Shown here in pieces: positions 9,953-22,500 of a stretch of 64,000 nucleotides of DNA. The DNA is from Neoechinorhynchus agilis. Its lineage: Eukaryota > Animalia > Acanthocephala. Below the pieces are notes generated by a model, which had not been told where the DNA came from, ran no database searches, and was given only the letters and a program-made list of their open reading frames with translations. Each line of letters starts with the position of its first letter. Position 1 is the first letter of the stretch. The stretch lies in assembly GCA_051530055.1 (NCBI GenBank), contig CM121342.1, positions 8,447,480-8,511,479 on the forward strand, given 5' to 3'. The translations under genes were made by a program, and so were the position numbers.

Positions 9953-10164
9953 GTTGCAGTTATTGTTTTTCTACGTCCGGTAAATAATTATTTATTAAAG
10001 ACGTTCCGAACTTCGTAGGGTTCATCAATAGTTCTAAAATACAAGATGATTAGTAATTATTTGCTTCCACTTGTATTTTAGAACTGATGATGAACCCGAC
10101 GAGGTTCGAAACGTCTTTAATAAATAATCATTTACAGGGTATAGACCAAAACAATAACTTCAAC
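9953..10164. repeat. Imperfect inverted repeat (about 93-95 bp arms, 24-nt loop)
   Basis: 9953-10045 is the reverse complement of 10070-10164, e.g. AGTTCTAAAATACAAG / CTTGTATTTTAGAACT and ATTATTTATTAAAGACGTT / AACGTCTTTAATAAATAAT. Confidence 0.9.
10075..10125 (+). ncRNA. Minimal type-I hammerhead ribozyme motif (Penelope pLTR type)
   Basis: CTGATGA-T (10084-10091), stem II GAACC/GGTTC around loop CGACGA, GAAA-C-GTC with a palindromic ACGT stem III, and a short stem I (GAA/TTT). Confidence 0.6.
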
Positions 10165-10819
10165 TATTATAAGTGATTTATGCGCACGTGAAAACGGAGT
10201 TGATGCGAAAAGCACAAGTGGCCTTTGTATTCTAAAAGGCTGAAGCCTAAATTTAAATATTTATTTTCATCTACTGTTATTTTCATGTTTTTAGAAACCG
10301 AACTGCCTCCCAAAAGCAATGAAAAATGAACTTTAAGAATATATAGGAACAAACGCAATTTTGTGCAGCTAATATGTTTTCTAATTAAAGTAATAGAACC
10401 TACGTATTGGGAAATGGGTTTTGTCGATATCTCAAACGCTAATAGAGATAATTCCTCATGATTTACAAATCTTAACACGTTTAGAATGCAATTTAGTTTG
10501 TCACAATCTTTTACGGATTAAAATTTCATATTGCTTAAAGTCGTGTAACGAATTTCAGTTAAGGACATGAGCAAAAATTGTATATTGTAATGCTTTTATT
10601 GTTTCGAACCGAATGACCTTGTTAATACTCAGCGAGCTGAAAAGTTAATTTATATTTTGCGGAATCACATGTAAAAAAAGGCATAAGTATCAGAAAATCT
10701 TTCAAAAACGAAATTGTAAGGTTTCCCATCTCTTTGCATTACAGCTTTTCAGTATTTATTTACACCCTTGTAAGAACATTTCTTATAAATAATATAAAAC
10801 GATACTACTTTTTAGGCTA

Positions 10820-11811
10820 TAAGCAATTGGTTTACTTATCCTCGTGAATTCATAATTCAGAGCGTTCGTTTGAGCCTCATAACAAGGTGGGCAAGATAAT
10901 TAAATTGACTAAAATTTTATTTTGACTCTAAAATTTTTTTTTGAAGTGAGGTTGAGAAATTGATATAAAAATGCTATAAACTGATGCGACAAACGGATCG
11001 TAGCAAATAAAATGCGAATGTAGAATAAATAAAGGTACTGATTTTACCTCCATAAAAACCGTGCACGAGGAATTTCTGAGATAAATAATAATTTCTTACA
11101 GTCAATCCGTCAATCAGGTGAAAAATAAATGTTATTACTATCGAAGGTTTGGAAGTTATTTGAACGCTTTCAAATTTGCATAATTTTGAAAAGTTAGGCT
11201 AAGTGCCCGCTGATTTTGAATAATCTTATGTCCCCTTAAATCGTAAATACTCCAAGCACACAAAGGAAAATATGGGCGCTTTTGTCGATATCCAATCCCT
11301 TCATCGGCGTGGGTGATCTTCATCTAAAATAAACCATCAGTGAGATGATATCAATCAACTTGGAATGCGGAATCGTCGTCTTTTTGCCGCCTCTTATTTG
11401 AGAATTCGTCTAGGTATTCATCTATGTAGTCCTGACCTGCCATTTTGTAGTCGCCGCTGATTCTGGGTAACCGTTGATGACTTTTATTAGTGGCCATTTT
11501 GCCTAGAAATCGTCAGGGTTCTAAAGGGCCTGCCCAATGGTAAGACCGAAATATGATTATGGTAAATTCCTAGTTTTCTTAGATTATATAATCCGACGAA
11601 AGCCTTCGAATGAAGAACACTTGCAACATTGAAAGAACGATCCAATCGTTTTAGGTTTACATAATTTTGGAAATTTCGCCGAAGAATTTAATGTGTACCG
11701 TTTGCATTGTTATTACTCGTCTTTGTTGGCTGTCGCAAATTCCAGGTTTCGTCAGGGCAATAACAATCAAATTCGGACTTGGAACCTCTGTTCCTTATGT
11801 TTCGACGATGC
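10820..11811 (+). repeat. About 1 kb segment duplicated directly at 50150-51141
   Basis: Long stretches of identity, e.g. CAGAGCGTTCGTTTGAGCCTCATA through GTTTCGACGATGC. Confidence 0.9.
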
Positions 11812-11991
11812 ACCTAGAGGGATCAGTTACTTTATTTTGCTTTCTATCACAAACGAACAGGAGATAGAAACTTTAAGCCCATGCGGCTGCCACTAAGATC
11901 TTGCCGATTGTTACTGAGATCCTATTGGTTCACGTTAGAAATCCACACAGTCCATGGCAAAACTGGAGTTTGAAAAGATGGTTAAGATTGA

Positions 11992-14900
11992 CGTTTACAG
12001 CAGTCACCGCAGTCCCAGTCTTCGTTGATTCTGGACCACTGTTGAGGGCTTTTAATAAAGCCAATTTTTTCCAGTAATCTTCAGGGTTCGTAGCAGACCT
12101 GCCCCCAATCGCAGCCCGAAGGGTTCCAGAAGTCCAAACCATCGCAGCTCTTCAAGGTATTAGCCTACTTTAGTGTTTCCTATTACGGAGAAGTGGGGTT
12201 TATTCTCGTGGTCAACAATTTTCACCTTCTCTCAACTTAACCCGATTAACCTCATTTTAAACAGAGAAATATCCAATTGAATACAGAGCCTCGCGACTCT
12301 CCGCTTGACATAAAAAGAGTTACGGATTTTCATTTGTTAAATAACATCTAAAACCTACTGATCGGGTCCTAATCTTTAAGTATTTCTTCGTGGAAGATAC
12401 CTTCAAGAACAAAAACAGGATTATTGCCAGTTAAACGGATACGCGAATCCATATCGTCTAATGGCAGTAGACATGTTGGTTGTCCATATGAACGGACCGT
12501 TTCCGAGGTGCGCTCCTCTCGACGATATGTCCGATGTTGTACATTTGAATGATCGTTGCATTTTGGGAACCGGCAATAATTTCAATAATCATTAAAATAA
12601 CATGCCGTTCGTGCATTTAAAAGGATATATTCAGCTTTCAGGGTTTTTAATACCAAGAGAATATTAGATCGGCTGCAGTATTTGTAAGCCAGAGCAAACC
12701 TACGGATACATCAGAAGCGACCAAGGAAACTGCGCGAAATCCTATTCGCTAGAGAGATTTTCTTCGAACCTACACATTCTAACGGGAGAAATATTTCTAT
12801 GTTAATATTGTTGCAGAGATGGCCGAAATGATTAAAATGTATCGGGCAAAGATGTGTTTGAGCTTTTATGAGATGGTGTTTAATACGAAGATTTTCAAAT
12901 CCGACTGATTTTTTTGAAGAATCTTACAATGAAGATATACATTAAAAGTGTTTACAAATAAATTGATAAAAGCCACATGCAAGCTGTTAACAAATAATAA
13001 TCAACATTAATTATTCTACAAATGATACAAGCTTAAAAGAGCAAAATGAGGCCATCAATGCGAAGTAGTTAAATTTGCGGAAAAACAAGCTGCGTTAGAA
13101 ATAAAAACTTACGTCCATTGTCCACAAAATGGACATGGCAATGTTGTAACAGAATAGAGCAAACGATTTTATGTACGACAACAAACTGATTAGATAGCGA
13201 TTGTTCTTATATTGGCGGACTGGAACACATTGGTCAAATTATTTTTAAACAAGGCAACTTCTTCGCTTCTTCCTGTCGGCCGTATTCGGATTTCACGCCG
13301 ACGGAATATCAGACCGGGATCGCTTGTGTGTACGGTTTCGCAAACTCTCAGCTAATAGAGCAAAGAAGCCGCATATTTTGAGCTTTTACAGTCAGCAATC
13401 ATAAATGTCCAGGTTTAGTAACTTTTATTTACGAGTCCTAAAATATCCAAAAAAAGGAAGATAAAATTTTTTGAATTTGATAAGATTGTTGTTTTATCGG
13501 TCGGCTTAAATATTGTAACTTTATTAGTGGTCGCCTCTTTTCTAGCCGCCAGTCAAAAGCGACTCATTAAAACTCGGTCTTTCGCCTCTTTGGGTAGTGG
13601 TGTTGTTATTGACATTTAGGGTCGCTTTTCTTAATGAATATCAACGACATGATCATCACTTGGTTAGCACAAGAGAAGGAAATTGACATGAACGATTCAA
13701 TTGGTATCAAAAAGCAACATTTGAAGTTGAGAATCATATGGAAGCCTTCGCGTTCATTTATTTCATTGTTTGAATAAGAATATTCCGTAAAAAGCGAAAA
13801 GGGCAGCATACTACTTCGCAGGTTAAATTTTCGCCCTAATACCATTTTTATCCGAAGTTCAATCGAGAACTGGGAGATTCCGACAATTCGCGATTACTTT
13901 CATTTACCTTATCGACCGAGCAGTTGAAGCAATGGATGTCGCGAATGGAAGGCGGGCCAATATAAGCAGTCGCATATTTACCTGGTCATTGATTATGACA
14001 CAAAATGTTTGCTAAAACACTGCTCAAGACGAGGACATCACATGGACGGCCATGAACTGCAATAATATTTCCAAAACAATGTCATCAATAAACAAGTGAG
14101 TATAAAAGCAGCTGAGATCAATGTTTGAAGACCGTGGGAATTTAAGGATCCACTTGCAGGCTGCGGATCCGATTTCACAATTTAAAACTCATCTCTCTTC
14201 GCTCATGGTTCAAATTCAAGATAGAGAATATCAACTGAAGAAGGCGGGAGTTCTCGGCCACGATAATAAGGTTTATATCTGGAGATTGTGGTGGTGAAGC
14301 AGTTTCGGGCAAGTTCTCAAATGCAAACAGAGGGGATCAAAAAGCAACCTTGCAGTTAAAATATTAAAGAACGCCATTGGGGACTTCGACATGGATGATT
14401 GCGAAGTCAAGATGTTTAAGGCATTGAAAGAGGCCGATGGAAAACAAGCTAACATCGCAGTGCCCCTCGAAATGTTTAAGTATTGCGGACATCAATGTAT
14501 TATTCTTGAACACTACGAAATGGACCTTAGTGTGTTTGTAAACAAATTTGGACCAATGCAAATGAATCACTTGTTATCCTTGGCATGTCAAATGTTGCAA
14601 GCATTAGCCAAGCTAAAAGAACTTAACATTGTTCATGGAGATCTCAAGCCAGGAAATATTATGATGGTCAATTGTCTAGATAAACGTGAACAATTCAAAC
14701 TCATTGATTTTGGTCTTGTCGTACAACTACGAAACCAGGAGTCTCTCTATGGATACCTCCAAACTTCGTACTATCGAGCTCCGGAAATGATCGTGGGTTT
14801 ACCCATCGCTAAATCAATCGACACCATGTGGAGCCTTGGTTGCAGTATCGGGGAACTCGCGATTGGCAGGCCAATATTTCCAGGGAAGTGACGATTATGA

Positions 14901-15066
14901 GACACTGGTCAGAATAACGATAGCAAGAGGTGTTATCGAATGCGGTCCTAAATAATGGAGTACGCACATTGCTATACTATAATAGGACAATCAACGGAGA
15001 TGGATGGGTGCTGAAATCTCCATTGGAAAGGGGAATCTTTCCGTCTAACAGCAGTGCATTGCATCT
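11992..15066 (+). repeat. Direct segmental duplicate of 6454-9517 (repeat Y + promoter + most of the kinase)
   Basis: Continuous by-eye alignment from CGTTTACAGCAGTCACC to GCAGTGCATTGCATC. Confidence 0.9.
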
Positions 15067-15376
15067 ACCGTTAGTGTCTTTGGCTCAAGAAGATCCGCAA
15101 AACACCAACAAGTTTTTGGCAATGCTGGGTCACCTGCTTGAACTTATCCCCGAGAGTCGAGGTGATCCCACGGTCGGCATCAAACAAAAATGGAGACGTC
15201 GCCCAAATTTCCGGATAACGAGCGGCGATCATTTTCGTATTTTCTACGAAGAAAAGAATCAGTATGATTTTGTGGAGGTGAGCATTAACAGAAAAGGTAA
15301 ATATTCGGAAACGTTGTTAGCAACAAAATATTTGGCGTTTAGGGCGAAAACGTTCCTTATTCTACAAAAACGATAA
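14205..15376 (+). pseudogene. HIPK-like kinase copy 2, frameshifted, with an alternative C-terminus
   Basis: ATG at 14205 followed by indels. ORF 14391-14891 is near-identical to copy 1 but carries a DTMWS insertion and a frameshift at FPGK. ORF 14930-15376 carries a different C-terminus. Confidence 0.9.
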
Positions 15377-15835
15377 TGTGTTCATCCAAATATTTATTCC
15401 GAAACATCAACATTTTGCATTTATCGAATACTTGAAACCACTCTTTTCAATCTAAACTTAGAAAAACATTGTATATAAAATGAAGTTTGTAAACGATTTA
15501 AGAGACAATCTATTACCCAATTCCCAAACAGTCGAAGTAAAAATTACTTCAATAATGTTTTTATTTCGCAGAAAAATTGAAGTAATTTATTTTCTTACAC
15601 TGACTTTGATTAATTTGCTGAATTTTCGAAACCCCAGCTGCATTCGAAAAAAATTGAGGATGTCTTAAAAATTTGAGAAATAATCAAAATTGTAAATTTC
15701 AAGAATACTTCGTCCTGTTAATTCGCCATTCTACACAGCACATATCTTTTATTTCTAAGAAACAAACCTAACAAGACGGAAAAATTGAAGAAACTTATTT
15801 GTTCCGATATTTCAGAAGTATTTCGATGAGGAAAA

Positions 15836-16200
15836 GCTTACTTGTAATTTGCTAAAGGAAAACCCATGACAAAGGCACAAGATTGTCCAGAAATATCGGA
15901 TTTTATAAATTGCTTCAATTTTTCTGCCATATCAAAACAGTAGAAATATTTCTCAGTGGTGGTTTTTGTGGCTTTGCTTCCATAAGGCACAAAAGTCACC
16001 CAAAAATTCATTTTATTTCCTTCATCAAAATGCGTGAAATTTAGAAGAGCGGTTTAGAATTTAGTGGCATATGGCGAAAAGTGAAAAATTCGATGGTCTA
16101 TTGAAACTTAACAAAAAATTCCTTCGTCGAATTTGAATCAAACGTTGATATAAGAAGCCTTTCAGAGATTTTTTATATGAACAAAAATAATTGTATTCAA
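15836..16200 (-). pseudogene. Decayed unknown exon X, copy downstream of and convergent with kinase copy 2
   Basis: Reverse complement of 46045-46394. The GTAAGC donor-like site is at 15841-15836. Confidence 0.45.
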
Positions 16201-17049
16201 TGTTTCGTCATCTACGTGGAATTTCTTCAGAATTGTTTACCCAAATACTAAAAAAATTCTGAAGGCCCACGTAGAGGAGCCCAATCTTGATCCGAACCAA
16301 ACCTTACAGATTCACTTTTTTGGTTTACAAGGCGGCGCGAAACTTATGTCAATTTGAGATTATCCATTACTTCGTGTCTTTATCCTAATAAATCCAGCTA
16401 GAGACTAAGATTTTCTAGAAATCTATAAGGGTGCTTTGCACAGATTTCCCATTTTCCATCTTTCGACGCCAACATAATATCTATCTTCGAGATATTGATT
16501 AAAATCATTCGCCGGAGTAATTTTCTTTTTCTTTGGTAAGGGGATGTCTGCTGATCAACAAAAAAGGGTTTACCTGTTATTTTAAAATAAAATGAAACAA
16601 ATTGACACTCCCTTTCCCACAATAAAAGACTAGTTAATTTCCTTTTTATTACCAATAGCATTAAGCAAAACAACATTTTACAAATAGCAGAGTAATACTG
16701 TCAAACATTCTTATTCTAATAATAGGATCCTACTAATTTTAGAAATAACACCATCGATTGGTAAACATATTATCCTCTACGAGGTCGCAAAAGATTTGAT
16801 ATCGCAGACATTAGTAAGAATGATCGACAGGGAGAGGCGAAGGTTAGTTGTGGACAATTGTTAAAGCTTTGTTATTTCAATTTTTGTCGCATATCAATAC
16901 AAATCGCTTCAACCGCTTTCTATGTTGCATTGAAACAACTCAAATTTGACCTGACACATTTTGATATTGCTAATTAACAAAACGTTTGCAAAGCAGCCTT
17001 CTAAATTTCTAAAAATTCTTAATCTCAAGTTGAATTTACGGGGATAAGG

Positions 17050-19450
17050 ACACGAAAGCAAGTACGCTGAACCTAACGGACAAAAAACGCGTTCAAATTT
17101 GGAAAACATGGGCCATCTCTGGCCTTACGTTTTTTAGTCGCTGTGAACCTCCGGAACAACGTCTTATTTTTGGAAAGGTTCTGCTAAAAAATGCACTATT
17201 CCTCAAACAGCTAGATATTGACTCCTTGAAAGATAATCTATGCAGATGCACAGGAGGATACGGCGTGATGTGTTAATTTTTTCCCACTCGTCCCTAGATG
17301 CCATTAGAATGCAGGAAATAATTGCTGGTTTTATTGATTGATCAATAAATTTAAGGCATTTCGAGGGCGCCGAGAAATTATTCGTAGACATCTTGACGGA
17401 TTTATCCCAAGCCCTAAGCAAATTATTCGAAGTCAAGTCTCCAGTACTTAGGGATCGCAGCAGAGGCAACTTCAGCCAGTTACCATTAGGCACTAAGCCA
17501 GCACCAAACGATAATTTCTCAATAATCTCATTAACCACTGATTTGTCAGAGGTGTCTCGAATTCAACTAGCCGCTCTGACTTTCCACCTAACATATTTGG
17601 AGTTTTTTAGAATGCACCAGAAAGATTTAGTGGAAGATGAAAGACGCTTAATGATCCGCTGATGATCTGCTAAATGAAGCCCATAATTGCAAGCCCAGCA
17701 TTTTCGCGTCTAATTACGACTTAGACGTGTCGTCCTGTAAAAGAATAGCTTTCTTTATTTAAGCCGCACAATATCGCAAATAATTCAAGGTTACCCTACT
17801 AGTTACAGAATAATTAGGCACTGATAAAAATATATTGGACATTTTAGAAATTAGATGATTCCACGCCGGAAGGGTACTATAATTCGGCATTGTACGCTTG
17901 ATTGCGAAATTGAAGAAGGTTACATTAAGGAGAGAGAAGCGATATTTTCGGGATAATGACAGGTCGTCCGTAATATTCCATGTCGACATATCATGGAAGC
18001 AAATTTCCGCAATCGACGTCTGTTTGGCGAGGGATATTGTCACGCGTCGATCCAATCGGGCGAATCAACCATCAAAGAAGAAATGAGAATTGTTATGGAG
18101 CCTGTGAAAAGTAGGTTGAATAGGACAGATGAATTCGTGTGTGCCATCACGATTGGCCACAGCCAGGGTCCATTTTCTGGACAGATCATTAAAATCCCCG
18201 AACAAGGGAACGTTCCCAATGCCAAGAATGTGTTGAAGAATGTCCTTGGTTGTGGATTTATGGATTAAATTAGGGCGAACATACACATTTCCTATTAAAA
18301 GTTTCCTCCTGCTTTTCCTTTCATCTCGAATAGAGCGAATAATAAGTTCTCATTTAAATAACTTTGAACAAGAGAGACGCATAACTCTTTCTTGAATAGA
18401 GACAATAGGCCAGAGGAATGAGGGTTTAACGGAGAAGGGAAAACGTCGTATTTCATCAAAACTGAAGTAGGTAATAAATTATTAAATTCGAAGGCTGCTT
18501 TCTTTACTTCGTGGAGGCAAATAAAATCCCGGTTAATGTGATTGAAAAAATTAAGTCTATTAAGAGCCGCGGCTCCACCGGAGTTCCACTGAAGGCAGTG
18601 AAGATTTAGGGGTGCTGGAGAGGTCCCACTGGGCATCATTCGATGGAGATGGGCTCCATGAGTGCATCAGAATCGCTAGTAATGATTCTACTGGCTGAGG
18701 CATCATTAGCAGCACTGCGTGGAGCTTTCTTGTTCACTTTGTCACGGCCTTTGGCAAACCCCGCTTACCTTTAGGTTGTGCAGAGACCATCTTGACACCA
18801 TTGTTCGGGTTGCAATCCGAGACTGAAGCGAACTGGTTGGGCGTTGCTGGTTGTATCAAGGTAAGTAGCTTGTGAATATGTTCAGCTAGTTGGTTCTGCA
18901 TATTATTGAAGAGCATTGTTATTAGGTGGGACACTTCCTCCAATACTTTCTCAGAGATTCTCTGACATATTATATTCTCATTCAAGATGCTTCGACCGTT
19001 ATCAGCAGCGGCCTTAGGAGTCTCCTGGACCACGGTTTTAGATACCATCGTAGGAATCTAGTTTTTGTTGCTAGCACCAGATGTACCCGCTCTACAAGCG
19101 TTTACATATTACTTGAAGCAGCGGCATCCTTTAAAATAACTCCTATGACTACCACCACAATTTCCGCACTTGACAATCTTGTTGTTGCAGACTGGCATAT
19201 GATAGAGTTCTGGGCAGAAGCAGCATTTTTGAATTTTGCTGGCTTTGTTCGTCTTAAAATAACAGTCGAAATGAATTTATTACAACTCAAAAATTTAATT
19301 TTTGCTGCACCTGTAGCCAATAGTGTTTTCCGTCATTGTGATATTTGACAAATGACGAATAGTCGTCCATATATTCTTTATTAACAGAGACCATTTTTAG
19401 GGTTCCGTTCCAGAGGTTGACTTTATTCTAACAATATTATCTTCCTTCTT
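17050..19450 (-). mobile_element. APE-type LINE B (ORF1 with CCHC knuckles, EN, pre-RT region), 3'-truncated
   Basis: ORF1 frame KCCFCPELYHMPVC..KCGNCGGSHRSYFKGC at about 19110-19230. EN motifs LHCLQWNSGG, DFICLHEVK (18295-18639), VYVRP and LFGDFND (18065-18286). ORF 17203-17538 is homologous to the pre-RT region of LINE A. Confidence 0.8.
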
Positions 19451-19599
19451 CGTATCAAGCCATGGTTTGAGGAATCCCGACCAAGTAGATTCCTTTGTTG
19501 ATACTTATATCGCCGTCATCTTGCAGACATAATTTTGTTTTTTAATCGACAGATCAGTGTAACGGTTGAGGATTTGCATCCTCGACAATGTCTATTTGA

Positions 19600-22500
19600 A
19601 GCTTTGTGGGTGGCCGTATGCCTCCCTCCACCGCAACACTAGGTGGTTGCGATAACATTCTGAACCCTTTTGCCCCTCCCTAAAAAAAGAGAATTTATTC
19701 AGCATATCGAGTATAATTCAAGTATAAGTCAGTGCGATGGACAATGAGTATAAATTAGGAATATGAGTAAGATGTCCAACGATTGCACCGTTGCAGGCAA
19801 AGATCCTTCAGGAACCCAGCCCAGGATTTTGGTAGCAAATCAATGTGCCTGAAGAACTCTTGAATGAAGAGTGGCTTGTGTTCGGGAGGGCGATCTCTTG
19901 AGAAAAACACTAGGCTGGAAATGGCCCACGACTTCCAGATAGTACGAACGTGATGAAAGTCAAGTCCCAATTTGTAAGCGCGAGTGGCTTTTGATTTAGC
20001 TATTTTGAGAAGTTTCTTCAATTTTGAAATGCCAGTCCTGGGGGATAAGTTGACCGTAAGAGTGTGACCGAGAATACGCAGTTTACTGGGCATAAAATTC
20101 TCGACAGGTGAGGATGAAGAATTATTGGAAAGGTGTGAGGAAAAGAAAAGTTTTAGATCTTTGCGTAAACAACTTGAACGGGTTTTGAAGATCAGTTTTG
20201 TTTTTGAAAAATTGAGAGAGAGGTTCATGCGAGGTAGCATGGTGTTAAGATAGTCTATAGACTGTATAATTAAAAGTTTTAAACTGGTGATCCTGTGAGA
20301 TTTCAGCACAAAGGTGAAATCATCAGCATAGCAGATCAAGTTAGCGTTATAAGAGAAGTTTTGTACAAGATATTGAGAGGCCAAGAGGAATAAGATAGTA
20401 GAGAGAGGTGATCCCTGTGGGACACCATTAAGAGGGTAATATAAGGTTTTTGTAGCGTCATCGTCAAAAAAGAAGGCCTTTGAGAACAGTGTATTGTGAA
20501 TCCTGGCAATAAGATTATGTGGAACACTGAAAAATTCTAACATCTCGATAATAAAGCCCAGCGAGATTTTGTCAAAAGCCTGAGACAGGTCCACTGCTAA
20601 AATAGCACGTAGAGGGAAGGCATCGTCCCCGAAATTCGAGTAAATGTCAGCCAGCGCTGAGTGAACAGATTTGCCTTTTAAAAAACCATGACAATTACTG
20701 GAGATGCAGTTGTGTTCCCTGATAAAAAGATTTAGTTTATGCGCTAGAGCACGTTCATAGATGGTGACCAGGGGATTTTGCAGGGAGATCGGCCGAAGGT
20801 CGTTGGGAGCCGTAACTAACTTCCTCCCATTCTTAACTAAAAATATGCGCCTCGAAATGTTGATATCTCTCCAGGCATAAGGGGAGCACTTCAACATCAG
20901 ATTCGCTATGAGGAGGACACTCTCCCGAGAAAGCAGGGATAGGCATTTTGTCCCTGAGGTGCTATTGGATGAGGACAATTTTGGATTAAGGGACCAAACT
21001 TTGACAATATCAGATTGATTTAAATCAGATCGATTAGGAATTAGCCTCCTAAAAATGACTAGAGTAATGCCTTTAGCACATGATGAGCCATGAAAGTCAA
21101 AGATAGACGAGAGAATATGATCCATAGAGGATGCTTTTAACCATGAGGTGAGTTTCGACCCCCAACTGATAAACCTCTTCTTCCCAGAGGCCATATTCCA
21201 CCAGGACGATGAGAATGTTTGTAAGGATTTTAGGGTAGCGCGGTCGGAAACCAATTGTTGTCGACATCGAGCAGCCCAGTAATGACTAAAGAGCACTTTG
21301 ACAAGAAGAGTATCTCCACGAATTTTGGCTTGATATAATTCACGCCCAATAAAACGGAAGGATCTTCTTTCATAAGGTCTAGAAAAAGTTCTTTGTGGTT
21401 GATAGAGGAACAGATTAGCGGTGGTATTGATAAAACTGTTAATTTGAGGTAGGGAATAATTTAGAGAATTAGTTAAAACCGAACAAGATAGAAGTGAATA
21501 GCTAATCGCTCTGAAAAAGCGATGTTCAGAGGAGACAAATGAAGGACTCTCCTGAGTGTATTATTGGAGCCGATAGACCATATTAAGATATCATGACCCG
21601 TTAGGTGGAAGCGAGAAAATTGACGATCTACTTGAACTAGCAGATTTAAGCATTTCCTGTGAATGATAAGATCCAGGAAGGAATGCGTGTTATTTTTAGT
21701 TAGAATATGAAAGGATGGGGTGAGAGGAGCGGAGTTCGTATTGAGGTTTAGCGGAGTTAACTATGGCTTTGGACCATTTCATTGAGGGATCGTTAAAATC
21801 ACCAACAATGAAGTCAATATTGGCACGAAGGCATTTAATGACATTCTTAACGGCCGGACGATGAATAAAACCGGGTCGTATGTACAGATTGACAATAGTG
21901 AAAGGCCGGCGAGTGAAATAAAATTTAAAGATAGAGTAGGATAGCTCATTTGTCGTGAAGGAAGATGATAAGGAGGGATTGAGAGAGGATTTGAAGACAG
22001 AAATAAGCCCTTGAGACGAATGATCGAATGGATCAGAGATAAAGGAATTGTATTCAGGAGAATCAAGCTGCGGTAGGAGATTAAAAAGTTGGGAGGTATT
22101 AAAAATACTCTTGCTTTCTTGTAAAAGTAAGATGGAAGCTCCCGATATGAGACTATTAATTTTCGGAAGATTGGGGTGCAGAGTTCATCACGCAAATGTC
22201 TCATACCCTCAACGGCTGCAATAGAAATTGGAAGTCCAGATTTTCTTGATTTGATGAAGTATTTAATTGTGCAGCCGAATGATGATTCGAAAAGATCCCT
22301 ATCCTCCTTGCATATATCCGGTTGGAGTCCATGAACAAGAAATTGAACCTTTTGCGAGGTTGCAGAGACCGTTTAGAGATTATTAGGAAGATTGGAATTG
22401 GCGAATTTAACCAGATTGGACATCCATTCATATTTGGAAACATAAATCCTCATGGTGCCGGCGAAATAAGATAGTTTATCAACTCGTTTTATGCCATCGT

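Noticed and set aside
10167-10478. 103-aa minus-strand ORF
   Set aside because: No recognisable motif and no second copy to test constraint. Plausible by chance in this sequence.
11790-11835. Possible hammerhead on the minus strand (CTGATCCCTCTAGGTGCATCGTCGAAAC)
   Set aside because: The core CUGANGA is not intact and stem II does not close next to GAAA.
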